A DNA stretch of 64,000 nucleotides, from the NCBI GenBank assembly GCA_900321035.1, contig ONUH01000011.1:15050-79049 (forward strand), read 5' to 3'. This stretch comes from an uncultured Selenomonadales bacterium (GTDB taxonomy: Bacteria; Bacillota; Negativicutes; Selenomonadales; Selenomonadaceae). Shown piece after piece: positions 53,859 through 63,140 of this stretch (within the stretch, counting starts at the first letter, position 1; each line of letters starts with the position of its first letter). The notes below the pieces were generated by a model, which had not been told where the DNA came from, ran no database searches, and saw nothing but the letters and a program-made list of their open reading frames with translations. Both the position numbers and the translations under genes were made by a program.

Positions 53859-54964
53859 TGAAATATCTCCGGGCGATTCCCGACTGGGGCCGCTGGCTGA
53901 TTGCATTCCTCCTCTTCCTGTTGGCGATAGGAATATTCGGCGTCTTCGCCTTTGCGCCGACGCAGACGCCGCGGACAGTAAAGGTCGGATTGGTCCTGCC
54001 TTACAGCATGGACGCCTCCGAGCAGTGCGGCGTGCATTACGAGGGCATGAAACAAGCCTGCGAAGACTTCGACGTGGAGCTGCTCGTGCGGGAAAGCAAG
54101 AACGCCCAGGAATACCGCCAGGCAGCGCATGACTTGGCCAAAGAAGGCGTGGGCTTGATCTTCCTGTGCGGAAACCCGCGTCCCTCCACTGTGGACGACG
54201 CCATCTCCGAGAATCCGAAAGTCACTTTTGCCACGATGACCAGCGGTATCAACGCCGCCAACGTGACGACCTGCCTCGTTCGCATGTATCAGGGCCGTTA
54301 TTTGGCCGGGGCTTTGGCGGCTATGCAGACAAAAACCGACGTCATCGGTTATGTGGCGGCTATGCAGAATCCCGAGGTCACTCGCGAGATCAACGCATTC
54401 GCCCTCGGCGCGCGCCGTCTGAACCCGAAAGTGCGCGTAATCGTCGCATGGACGAATGCCTGGAAAAACGAGGAAAAAGAAACAGAGAACGTCCGCCGTC
54501 TCGTCAAGGAGGCCGGTGCGGACATCGTGACGTATCATCAGGACGATCAGTCCGTCCACCGAGCCGCATCCGCTTTGGGCGTGGATTATATCGGTTATCA
54601 GGTCCGGCAGGCAGATATGCCCGAGCATTCTCTCGGTTCCGTGGTCTGCCGCTGGGACATTTATTATCGGGCCATCATCGATCACTATCTGAAGGGAGAC
54701 CTGAACAAGATCAAAACCCGCTGGATCGGCATCGAGGATGGCGCGGTCTGGCTTTCCGACGTACCGGACCGCATCGAATATCTGACAGGCTATTTCGTCG
54801 TTCGCCTGCGCCGCGAGTTGGATCACGGCCGCCCGATTTTCAAAGGGCCGATCCGCGACACGGCGGGCAATTTGCGCATCGCCGACGGAGAAGTGCTCCG
54901 GGACACTGCACTGACAACGCGCATGGATTGGTTTGCGGAAGGGGTGGAATTCCTTGGAAAATGA
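53855..54964 (+). CDS. Membrane-anchored BMP/PnrA-family ligand-binding protein
   Basis: N-terminal TM, then VKVGLVLP...GYVAAMQNPEVTREINAFALGARRLNPKVRVIVAWTNAW, typical of Bmp/Med/PnrA periplasmic-binding folds. Confidence 0.7.
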   Translation: MMKYLRAIPDWGRWLIAFLLFLLAIGIFGVFAFAPTQTPRTVKVGLVLPYSMDASEQCGVHYEGMKQACEDFDVELLVRESKNAQEYRQAAHDLAKEGVGLIFLCGNPRPSTVDDAISENPKVTFATMTSGINAANVTTCLVRMYQGRYLAGALAAMQTKTDVIGYVAAMQNPEVTREINAFALGARRLNPKVRVIVAWTNAWKNEEKETENVRRLVKEAGADIVTYHQDDQSVHRAASALGVDYIGYQVRQADMPEHSLGSVVCRWDIYYRAIIDHYLKGDLNKIKTRWIGIEDGAVWLSDVPDRIEYLTGYFVVRLRRELDHGRPIFKGPIRDTAGNLRIADGEVLRDTALTTRMDWFAEGVEFLGK

Positions 54965-57536
54965 AACGAACCACCCGTATTCCTCGATTCTGAAGGTCGC
55001 CGTCGAATTCCTCGTCCTTGTGGTCGGACTGGGCGTCTGCGCGATCTTCATGCAGCACAAGATCACGCATCTTCTGAATATGACGATGGAGCAGATTGTC
55101 GCACGTCAGACGGAAGATATGGCGCATCTCGCCGAAAACCAGTTCCGGAGGGAACTGGTCGTCCTGCATTATGCGGCGGAATATATGCAGGCAAATCCGG
55201 ACCGCAGCGAAGATATTCTGAAATCGATCAACTCGCCTGCAGCCCACAGCGGCTCCGCAGGCGTCCTCTCCGTCGAAGGCAAATATGTGCTCGGCGCAAA
55301 ACTCCCTGTGCATGTTTTTCCGCGTCTCCCCTCTGCCATCCGAGGCGAGGACGTGGTGGATTTCGCTTATGGGCAGGGACTCCTCATCGCGGTGCCGATT
55401 CTTTCCGGGGATAACGTGCGCGGCATCCTCTGGCGGCTCTATGACGACAAACTGGTCCAGCAGCATTTCGGCCTTTCCGATTACAATTCCAGTTTCCACT
55501 TTGTCCTGATGGCGCGCGAAGGGCAGGCCATCGTTCCCTACAAAAAGAACCCGAGCGAAAAGGACCTCGTCTTCTCCGATCCCTCGGTGCAAAGAGGGTT
55601 CGCTGAAATCCGCTCCCGTCTCGACAGAGCCCTCTCGACAGCGATTTACACGGAAAGCGCTCAAGGCCGGTTTTTCCTGTTCGGCGCCGATCTTCCCGAA
55701 TCGAACTGCTCCCTTCGCGGCTTCGTCCCATGGGAAGCGGTGGCGGGCGACATTTCCCGTATCTATATCTGGATCCTGCGCGCGGGAAGTTTCCTTCTCT
55801 TTTTGCTGGCCGTCATCAGCGTCCATCTCTTTACCGTGCAGCTGAAAGCCGAAGAAAGTGACGCCCTGCGCCGCGAGAAGGAAGTTTCCGACCGGGCGAG
55901 CCAGGCGAAGAGCGCGTTCCTCGCCAACATGAGCCACGAGATTCGCACGCCGATCAACTCGATCCTCGGCATGAATGAGATGATCCTGCGCGAGGTGGAA
56001 AAGCCTTCCATCCGCGAGTACGCACAGAGCATTTCCCGGGCGGGCGAAGCGCTTTTATCCATCATCAACGATATTCTCGACTTCTCGAAAATCGAATCGG
56101 GCAAATTCGAAATCGTCGAAAGCGAGTATCAGCTTTCCCGGCTCCTGAAGAACGTCGTGGCGATGATCCGCCCCCGGGCCGAGGAAAAGGGACTGGACTT
56201 CACGCTCCATATCGACGAGGATCTGCCGAATGTGCTGATGGGCGACATGATGCGCATCCAACAGATCGTCATCAACATCCTGACAAACGCGGTCAAGTAC
56301 ACGCCCGTGGGCGAGATCAATTTCTTTGTGTTCAACGAACGCAAGGAGGAAAACCGCATCTATCTTGCCTTCGTCGTCAACGACACCGGCATCGGCATCA
56401 AGGAGGAAGACCAGAAGAAGCTGTTCCAGGAATTCGAGCGGCTGGATCAGGAGAAGAACCGCAATATCGAAGGAACGGGGCTCGGCCTTGCCATTTCCCA
56501 CATGCTGCTCAACCTGATGGGCGGCCAGATCAGCCTGAAAAGCGTTTACGGCGAGGGCTCGACCTTTACGGTCATGCTGCCGCAGACGATCGTGGAGGAC
56601 TCCCCCATCGGCAATCTGGCGGAACGCATGAACGAGGCCGCGGTCCAAACGGCCCAGTATGTGCCGTCCTTTACCGCGCCCACCGCCGATGTGCTCGTGG
56701 TGGACGATAACGAAATGAATCTCCTGGTCGTCAAAGGGCTGTTGAAGGAAACGAAGCTCCGGATCGATACCTGCCTGAGCGGAACGGAATGCCTCGAACG
56801 CTTGAAAGACAAAACCTATGATTTAGTCCTGCTCGACCACATGATGCCGGGCATGGACGGCGTGGAAACGCTTCACAAGGCAATGACGCTGCCCAACGCG
56901 AAAGGCGTCCCCTTCGTCGTGCTGACCGCCAACGCCATCGCAGGCGCGAAAGAAGCATTCCTGAGCCAGGGCTTCGTCGCGTACCTGTCAAAACCCATCA
57001 ACAGCCGTCTGCTGGAAGAGACGCTGATGACATATCTGCCGCAGGACAAGCTGCAGCCCGGCCCCACCGCCGAAGAAGTCGCCCGGGCCCATCAGGGCGC
57101 GCCGGCCCCCCTCGAGGAAAACGCCGCAGGCGGCGCACAGGCGCCCGACACGGGCGACCTCGACATCGAGCAGGGGATGAAGTATAATGGCGGCATGCTG
57201 GATATGTACAAGACGGTGCTCGGCATGTTCGTCAAGCTGCGACCGGAAAAGCAAAGTCAGATGATGGCGCATCTCGTCGCGGAAAACTGGCCGGATTACG
57301 CCACGATGCTTCACGCGCTGAAGTCTACGGCAATGGTCATCGGCGGGCAGAAGCTTTCCGACGCCGCAAAGGAACTGGAACTGGCAGGCAAATGCTGCTA
57401 TGCGGAAGACTCCAGCAGCGAAGAAAAAGAAGAAGCGGCCTGGTTCATCCGGTCGCAGCACGGGAGAACCATGACGCTCTATAATAAACTGGCAAATGAT
57501 GCAGAGAGGTGGCTGAACGAAAACCATGATACTTGA
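54933..57536 (+). CDS. Hybrid sensor histidine kinase (Cache-like sensor, HisKA, HATPase, REC, HPt)
   Basis: H-box ANMSHEIRTPINSILG; N/G boxes (TNAVKYTP, DTGIGI, GTGLGLAIS); receiver DLVLLDHMMPGMDG; C-terminal HPt-like HALKSTA. Start is TTG 54933 or TTG 54954. Confidence 0.88.
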   Translation: MRKGWNSLENETNHPYSSILKVAVEFLVLVVGLGVCAIFMQHKITHLLNMTMEQIVARQTEDMAHLAENQFRRELVVLHYAAEYMQANPDRSEDILKSINSPAAHSGSAGVLSVEGKYVLGAKLPVHVFPRLPSAIRGEDVVDFAYGQGLLIAVPILSGDNVRGILWRLYDDKLVQQHFGLSDYNSSFHFVLMAREGQAIVPYKKNPSEKDLVFSDPSVQRGFAEIRSRLDRALSTAIYTESAQGRFFLFGADLPESNCSLRGFVPWEAVAGDISRIYIWILRAGSFLLFLLAVISVHLFTVQLKAEESDALRREKEVSDRASQAKSAFLANMSHEIRTPINSILGMNEMILREVEKPSIREYAQSISRAGEALLSIINDILDFSKIESGKFEIVESEYQLSRLLKNVVAMIRPRAEEKGLDFTLHIDEDLPNVLMGDMMRIQQIVINILTNAVKYTPVGEINFFVFNERKEENRIYLAFVVNDTGIGIKEEDQKKLFQEFERLDQEKNRNIEGTGLGLAISHMLLNLMGGQISLKSVYGEGSTFTVMLPQTIVEDSPIGNLAERMNEAAVQTAQYVPSFTAPTADVLVVDDNEMNLLVVKGLLKETKLRIDTCLSGTECLERLKDKTYDLVLLDHMMPGMDGVETLHKAMTLPNAKGVPFVVLTANAIAGAKEAFLSQGFVAYLSKPINSRLLEETLMTYLPQDKLQPGPTAEEVARAHQGAPAPLEENAAGGAQAPDTGDLDIEQGMKYNGGMLDMYKTVLGMFVKLRPEKQSQMMAHLVAENWPDYATMLHALKSTAMVIGGQKLSDAAKELELAGKCCYAEDSSSEEKEEAAWFIRSQHGRTMTLYNKLANDAERWLNENHDT

Positions 57537-57984
57537 AGACAAAAGCATTACGGTATTGATTATCGACGACGACGAAATCAATCGCCAAATGGCGGAAATG
57601 ATCCTGAAAAAGAATTTTGACTACCGAATCCTGACTGCGGAGTCCGGCATGCGCGGATACGAGTTGATGCAGAACCAGACCGTGCACCTCGTGCTTCTCG
57701 ACGTGTCGATGCCCGTCTGGGACGGATTAAAAACGCTTCAGTTCATCCGTTCCAACGAAAAGCTGAAAAATACGCCGGTCATCATGCTGACGGCCGCCGC
57801 CGACCGCGAAACGGTTGTCAAAGCCAGCTCCTACGGCGTGAAAGATTACCTCCGGAAGCCTTTCCTCCCCGATGAGCTTACCGCCCGCGTGGCGAAGGTC
57901 ATTTGGGACAACTGGCTGCAGCAGGATTTCGACTCGCTGGAGTCGGACCTCGACGCCCTGCTGAAATCCGTCGAGATAAAATAG
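57526..57984 (+). CDS. Single-domain CheY-like response regulator
   Basis: VLIIDDDEINR...LVLLDVSMPVWDG...IMLTA...KDYLRKPF receiver motifs with no output domain. Confidence 0.88.
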   Translation: MILEDKSITVLIIDDDEINRQMAEMILKKNFDYRILTAESGMRGYELMQNQTVHLVLLDVSMPVWDGLKTLQFIRSNEKLKNTPVIMLTAAADRETVVKASSYGVKDYLRKPFLPDELTARVAKVIWDNWLQQDFDSLESDLDALLKSVEIK

Positions 57985-58015
57985 CGGATACGATCTTCCA
58001 TTCTACCCGGCAAAC

Positions 58016-58060
58016 AAAGAACGCGTGCGCGGATTTCTCCGCTGCACGCGTTCTTTTTGT
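58016..58060. terminator. Bidirectional terminator between convergent genes
   Basis: AAAGAACGCGTGC ... GCACGCGTTCTTT (13-bp stem) followed by TTGT, with an A-run on the other side. Confidence 0.7.
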
Positions 58061-58086
58061 CGTCTTTTTGTGAAATACTTATTCCA

Positions 58087-59361
58087 TTACCCCTTGTACA
58101 GCGGCACCGTCAGGCTGCCCGTGGGCATCAGCGTCATGGTGTAGTCCTTGCCCACATACTGCTCGGCCAGCTTCAGCGCCTCGTCCACCTCGTCCACCGC
58201 CGCCGTGAACAGCATATCCTTTGCCAGCTGCTTGTCCAGCGCCGTCACGAGGATGAATTTCGCCTTCTTCATCAGCCGCGTGACCGCGTACGCCTTGTTC
58301 GCGCCGATGACAAAGCGCTCGCGAAGCTCCGCTTCGATGGCCTCCGGCGAGCCGAGCCGCTTGCAGGTTTCCTCAAGGACCTTGCTGCCGCTGCCCTCCT
58401 CGCATTCGGCCAGCAGCACCACGACGCCGCCCTCGCGCACCGCGAGAGACGCGTTGTCCATCGTCTTCTGCATCTGATAGACGTTGATGTCCTTCGGATA
58501 GCCGCCGCAGCTCACGATGACCACGTCGGCCTCCTTCTCGATGGGAACGCCGTAGGTCGCGTCCACGAACTTGCAGGCTTCGATATGCGCTTTCACATAA
58601 TCGCCGGCGAACATTTTCAGGAAACGATGCTCGGCGTCGAGCACCGCGTTGAACAGGAACACGCTGCGCCCTTTCGCCCAAAGCGCCGTGCCTTCCAGCT
58701 GATCGTCGTACACGGGATTGCCCGCGGCCTTGCCGAGTCCCGCCCGCGGGTCCATCATGAAGCTGTGGTTGTGGCGCACCGTCTCCATCGCCGCGCAGCC
58801 CGGCAGCACGGCCTTCCTGCCGCCGCCGTAACCGCTGAAATAATGATGGACGATGGTGCCCGTCAGGATCACATGGTCGCTGTGGCAGATGCGCTTGTTG
58901 ATCAGCACCGGCGTGAAACGGCTCGTCGTGCCGAAATACTCGAAATCTCCGGGGATGTTGCAGTCGCTGTTGTACATCTTGAGGCGCGACGCGACTTCCT
59001 CGCCCACGCCTTCCTTCATTTCCTCCTCGGTCATCAGGCGATGCGTGCCGAGGGAGAACACGATCTGCATATTCTCGTCGGGAACGCCGAGGCGGTTCAT
59101 CTCGTTCACCAGCACCGGCATGAAGTCAAAACTGTTCGCGACGCGCGTCGGATCGTTGCAGATGAACGTCACGGTGTCGCCGGGCTTGATGATCTGCGAC
59201 AGCGGCGGCGTCCCGATGGGATGCTCCACCGCGTCCAGCACGGCGCCCTTTATATCCTCCAAAAGCGGCTGCTTCGGCATCTCGATGACTTTCAGCACGC
59301 GGCTCTCATTGACGGAAAACTTCTTCGTCCCCCGCCCGTAATGAAACGTGTACTCTTTCAT
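58087..59361 (-). CDS. LarA-like (DUF2088) nickel-pincer-dependent racemase/epimerase family protein
   Basis: About 424 aa from ATG 59361 (GGAGG 7 nt upstream). GTHRLMTEEE...HHYFSGYGGGRKAVLPG...GYPKDINVYQ pattern as in lactate racemase homologues. Confidence 0.75.
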   Translation of the reverse strand: MKEYTFHYGRGTKKFSVNESRVLKVIEMPKQPLLEDIKGAVLDAVEHPIGTPPLSQIIKPGDTVTFICNDPTRVANSFDFMPVLVNEMNRLGVPDENMQIVFSLGTHRLMTEEEMKEGVGEEVASRLKMYNSDCNIPGDFEYFGTTSRFTPVLINKRICHSDHVILTGTIVHHYFSGYGGGRKAVLPGCAAMETVRHNHSFMMDPRAGLGKAAGNPVYDDQLEGTALWAKGRSVFLFNAVLDAEHRFLKMFAGDYVKAHIEACKFVDATYGVPIEKEADVVIVSCGGYPKDINVYQMQKTMDNASLAVREGGVVVLLAECEEGSGSKVLEETCKRLGSPEAIEAELRERFVIGANKAYAVTRLMKKAKFILVTALDKQLAKDMLFTAAVDEVDEALKLAEQYVGKDYTMTLMPTGSLTVPLYKG

Positions 59362-59445
59362 ATTCCGGCCTCCTTTGCGAAATGAACTTTCTACCTGTAT
59401 TATACAAGATTCCGCACGATTTCCCAAGGGGTATTTATGGAAAAT

Positions 59446-60006
59446 TTATGGAACGCCGTCCCATGATGTACCGTTTTTATAGCTCAGTCCGAACCGCAGG
59501 AAGATCTTTCCTATGATATGGTCGATCTGCTTCTCGATCGTGTCCGCGCCGCCGTAAAACGTCAGCATCGGCGGCACGATGGCGCAGCCGGCCTCCGCCG
59601 CCGCCTTCAGATTGCGAAGGTGCACGAGGGAAAGCGGCGTCTCTCTCGGCACGAGCACCAGCTTCCGACCTTCTTTCAGACAGACGTCCGCCGCCCGCAG
59701 CAAAAGATTGTCCGCGTAGCCGCTCACGATGCCCGCCAGCGTCTTCATGCTGCACGGAACCACGATCATGCCGTCCGCCGCGAAGGAGCCGCTGGCAATG
59801 CGCGCCGCCATATCCCGCGGGTCGTAAAACGCGTCCGCCAGCCCCTTCAAGTCTTCCGCCTTCAGCGACGTCTCGCAGGCCAGCGTCCGCTCCGCCGCCT
59901 CGGTCACGACAAGATGAGTCTCCACCTCCGCCGCCCGAAGGGCCTTCAACAAGGCATATCCCATCACGACGCCGCTGGCGCCGGAAATACCGACAATGAT
60001 GCGCAT
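59446..60006 (-). CDS. ubiX: UbiX-family flavin prenyltransferase
   Basis: MRIIVGISGASG...MIVVPCSMKTLAGI...LVLVPRETPLS are the UbiX/Pad1 signatures. Confidence 0.88.
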   Translation of the reverse strand: MRIIVGISGASGVVMGYALLKALRAAEVETHLVVTEAAERTLACETSLKAEDLKGLADAFYDPRDMAARIASGSFAADGMIVVPCSMKTLAGIVSGYADNLLLRAADVCLKEGRKLVLVPRETPLSLVHLRNLKAAAEAGCAIVPPMLTFYGGADTIEKQIDHIIGKIFLRFGLSYKNGTSWDGVP

Positions 60007-60122
60007 ACTTCTTCCTCCCGCTCTTTTCTTTCCCCATTATACCACGCGCCGCCCGCAAGTTGAAGAATGTTCCGCTTCGTGGTATAGTGGGGAACGGATA
60101 TTTCGCGAAGGAGAGACGCAGC

Positions 60123-60809
60123 ATGTTTTTTTCGGCGGTTGGGCTTGTACTGGTACTCGGCGTTCTGCTTTTGGCGCGGGCGCGGCAGTTGGAGGATATG
60201 ACGGCGGGGTGGCGCATGGCGCTTTACGGCGCGCTGGGATTGTTTTTCGGCGGGTTCTTCGCCGACGGACATGTTTCGGGCATTTTTCATTGGTACGGAA
60301 AAAGCGGCCTCTTGCTTGCCTCAGGCGGCGACGTGGTCCTTTGGGGCGGCGTCGCGCTGATGGTCATCTGGATCGGGCTTCGCGCGGCGACGCGGCTCCG
60401 GTATGAGAACAGTGAAGCGGGCGAGGCAGCCGCGGTGGGACGCGCGGGCTCCCGGCTCGACATTCTCGTGATCGTGATCGCGGGCCTTGCGCTGTCGGAA
60501 ATCGTGCCGAATTTCCTCGGCGGCATCGACGCGATGCGGCTGGACCTTTCCTCGCCGCCCGTCGTGGAAAAAGTCAAGTTCCGCATGATGCACGTCTACG
60601 AGGACAAAAGCCGCCGCTGGGCGTCGGACCGCCGCGACGCGGTCTTCCTCCGGGAGAACGGCGAAGAGCTTACCATCCCGGCGCCCGTCACGAAATCCTT
60701 CGACGAGCAGGAGCCGCTTCGCGCGGCAACGGCGGCGAAGCCGGACGATGCCATGGAGATAACCTACTATCCGAAATGCAAGACCGTCGTTTCCGTACGG
60801 CCTTTATAA
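60123..60809 (+). CDS. Membrane protein, hypothetical
   Basis: Four predicted TMs followed by a soluble C-terminal domain. ATG 60123 follows AAGGAG. Confidence 0.5.
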   Translation: MFFSAVGLVLVLGVLLLARARQLEDMTAGWRMALYGALGLFFGGFFADGHVSGIFHWYGKSGLLLASGGDVVLWGGVALMVIWIGLRAATRLRYENSEAGEAAAVGRAGSRLDILVIVIAGLALSEIVPNFLGGIDAMRLDLSSPPVVEKVKFRMMHVYEDKSRRWASDRRDAVFLRENGEELTIPAPVTKSFDEQEPLRAATAAKPDDAMEITYYPKCKTVVSVRPL

Positions 60810-60879
60810 TAGCCAAAGAAAAGCTCCCTTCCGCGCCAAACCGGCGTCGAAGGGAGCTTTTGTCTGCGTTAGGTCGCTA

Positions 60880-62235
60880 TCAGCCGAAGGTCGGGAATCC
60901 TTCCTCGCCGATTTGCACGGTATGGGTCTTGGATTGGCCATTTGTCGAGAAATGCGGCTCGTCGATATTGAACTCGTAGGGGTCGGTCATGATCCACTGG
61001 CCGATCCACTGCTCGCCCGTCTTTGTCTGGTCGAAGGTGCGCTGGAAGGAATACGGGGAAGTATGCACAAACGTCGCCTTGCCCGAATCAAGCTTGAACA
61101 CGTCCATCTGGCGTCCCACACCCATTTGCGGGCTGGCGAAGCCGTAGTCGATGTAAAGGAAATTCTTGTTGCCTCCCGTGTGCACGAAAACAGGACGAAC
61201 GCGGTTGTTGCCGACAAAATCCTTTTTGCAGACGACCTTGCCGTTCAGCACGATATTCAACCGATTGTTGTCGACAAACGCCATGAGCGTGTCAAGTTTC
61301 CCCGAGCCGTCGTCGTAAAGGCATACGTTGTCCGCAGGAAACGTCGTCAGTTCCTCGCAGTAGGAGGCGGGACCGAGATTGTATTTTGGATTGAACATTC
61401 CCGGCCGCTCATCGAACCCGATGGTCGTCGTAATCGTCCCCGAGGCATAGGCCGCGATTTCGTACTGATTGAAATAGAACGTCACGCCGCGCGGCTCGAT
61501 GACCCAGGAAACCTTGTCGTGAATGACTTGATCCGCGACGGTGGCTTCCATGCTGTCAAAGAACGTCCCCTGCCTGTTTTCCTCGTAGAGCTTTTCGATG
61601 AGAACCTCAACGAGCTGTTCGCCGTCGGGGAACACCTGATTCAGTGACAGCCTCTCGCCCGTCGAAGCGTCGAAATTCACGCCTTGATACATCTGCCCGC
61701 CATGGGCGCCGCCCGTGTAAGTATATGTCGAGTCAAGGAACGACAGGACGAGCGCGTCGGCACGCTTTATGATTAAATCATTTTCATAGACGTAACCGTT
61801 GAATGAATCGCCATAGCCGTTCTTTTTGCGTTCCGCGTAGTCCCGCAGCGCCTCCTCGCGCATCTGTTCCTGCACACGGAGCGCTTCCGCACGTGCGCTG
61901 TTGTTGTAAGATTCCAGCGCCGCCGCCAGCTTCGGGAAATTTTTCGAGCCGAGCATGGATCGTCCGTCGCCGTCGGCAAGATACAGCTCCGGCCATGACT
62001 GGCGGAGTACGACTTTCCCCTCACCCATCGCCTCATACTGCTGGACTTTTTTATAAAGCCCGAAGGAACGCAGCGACGGATCCACCGCCATCGTCCCGAG
62101 GGGCGCGCCCTCCGTCGGCTCGAAATCCTCGGCAACCTCCGCCGGCTCCCCGCCCGCCTGCGCGACGCCGAGCGGCGTAAAAAGTGCAGAACAGGCGAAA
62201 GCTAACGCCACCCCGAACGTTTTCTTATTCTTCAT
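60880..62235 (-). CDS. Secreted DUF3298/DUF4163-like (RsiV/PdaC C-terminal-like) protein
   Basis: Signal peptide and a hallmark YTYTGGAHG motif. ATG 62235 follows GGGAGGAA. Confidence 0.7.
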   Translation of the reverse strand: MKNKKTFGVALAFACSALFTPLGVAQAGGEPAEVAEDFEPTEGAPLGTMAVDPSLRSFGLYKKVQQYEAMGEGKVVLRQSWPELYLADGDGRSMLGSKNFPKLAAALESYNNSARAEALRVQEQMREEALRDYAERKKNGYGDSFNGYVYENDLIIKRADALVLSFLDSTYTYTGGAHGGQMYQGVNFDASTGERLSLNQVFPDGEQLVEVLIEKLYEENRQGTFFDSMEATVADQVIHDKVSWVIEPRGVTFYFNQYEIAAYASGTITTTIGFDERPGMFNPKYNLGPASYCEELTTFPADNVCLYDDGSGKLDTLMAFVDNNRLNIVLNGKVVCKKDFVGNNRVRPVFVHTGGNKNFLYIDYGFASPQMGVGRQMDVFKLDSGKATFVHTSPYSFQRTFDQTKTGEQWIGQWIMTDPYEFNIDEPHFSTNGQSKTHTVQIGEEGFPTFG

Positions 62236-62269
62236 AAACATTCCTCCCAAATCAAAAAAGTGAAGAGTT

Positions 62270-62344
62270 GAGAGTGGAGAGTGAAGATATTACATGGTTT
62301 ATCTTCTTGTTAAATTCCGTTTTTAATCTCCACTCTTCACTCTC
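62270..62344. repeat. Imperfect 19-bp inverted repeat (possible terminator of the TPM gene)
   Basis: GAGAGTGGAGAGTGAAGAT (62270-62288) versus ATCTCCACTCTTCACTCTC (62326-62344), 17/19 complementary. A T-run on the minus strand lies about 10 nt beyond. Confidence 0.5.
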
Positions 62345-62353
62345 TACACTACA

Positions 62354-63127
62354 TTAAAAGCTTCCGCCGCCGCCGCCGTGGTTCTCGTCTCTCGCGCTGC
62401 TGCCGCCGGAGTTCTTCGACTTCTGCGTGCGCGTGACGTTCATGAACAGGAAGCGGTCGTCGCTGTCCGTCAGGTCGAAGCTGCCCTCTTTCAGATATTC
62501 GCTGGCGCGGGCCGCAGGCGTCACGTTGCTCATGCTGGAAATCAACGTCTCACGAACGCCGTAGCCGCCAAGAAGGCCGATAATCAGCGCGGCAATGGCC
62601 GCGAGAGGATGAAAACCCGCCGACGGATCGAAGGGCTTGCCTTCCGCCGCGAAATAATCGAGTTCCTTCTCAATAGCCGACGTGTATGCCATGAAAGCTT
62701 CGCCGTATTTGTTTTCCTTGAGTTTCGGCACCATCTCCTCCTGGATGTATTTGATGCCTTTATCGTCGGTGATTTTCGCCCGCATGGGATTGTCCGTGGA
62801 CATATAGTATTCCCGCTTTTTCGGGTCCACTGAAACCAGGAGCACGATGCCGCCGTTGGACGCGCCCCGGTAGCCCTGATCCAAGAGCGCGTTGGCCACC
62901 TGGCCGATGCTGCGTCCCTGCATGGAAGGCTGGGTCACGATGCCGATACGGACGTTATGCTTTTTCTCGATGCGCTGGATTTCCGCAGTCAGTTTTTGAA
63001 CATCCGCCGAGGAAAGCACTTTCGCGTTGTCGTAAACCGCGCCCGCCGCTTCAGCGCGAAGGCCGAACGCCGCCGCCGCCACGAACAGCGCGAGGAATAT
63101 AGTCAAAACCGATGCAATTCTTTTCAT
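62354..63127 (-). CDS. TPM-domain (YgcG-like) membrane protein
   Basis: Signal/TM, a TPM core (VYDNAKVLS...IGIVT...GIVLLVS), a C-terminal TM and a Gly-rich tail (HGGGGGSF). Confidence 0.8.
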   Translation of the reverse strand: MKRIASVLTIFLALFVAAAAFGLRAEAAGAVYDNAKVLSSADVQKLTAEIQRIEKKHNVRIGIVTQPSMQGRSIGQVANALLDQGYRGASNGGIVLLVSVDPKKREYYMSTDNPMRAKITDDKGIKYIQEEMVPKLKENKYGEAFMAYTSAIEKELDYFAAEGKPFDPSAGFHPLAAIAALIIGLLGGYGVRETLISSMSNVTPAARASEYLKEGSFDLTDSDDRFLFMNVTRTQKSKNSGGSSARDENHGGGGGSF

Positions 63128-63140
63128 TTCGCCGCCCCCC

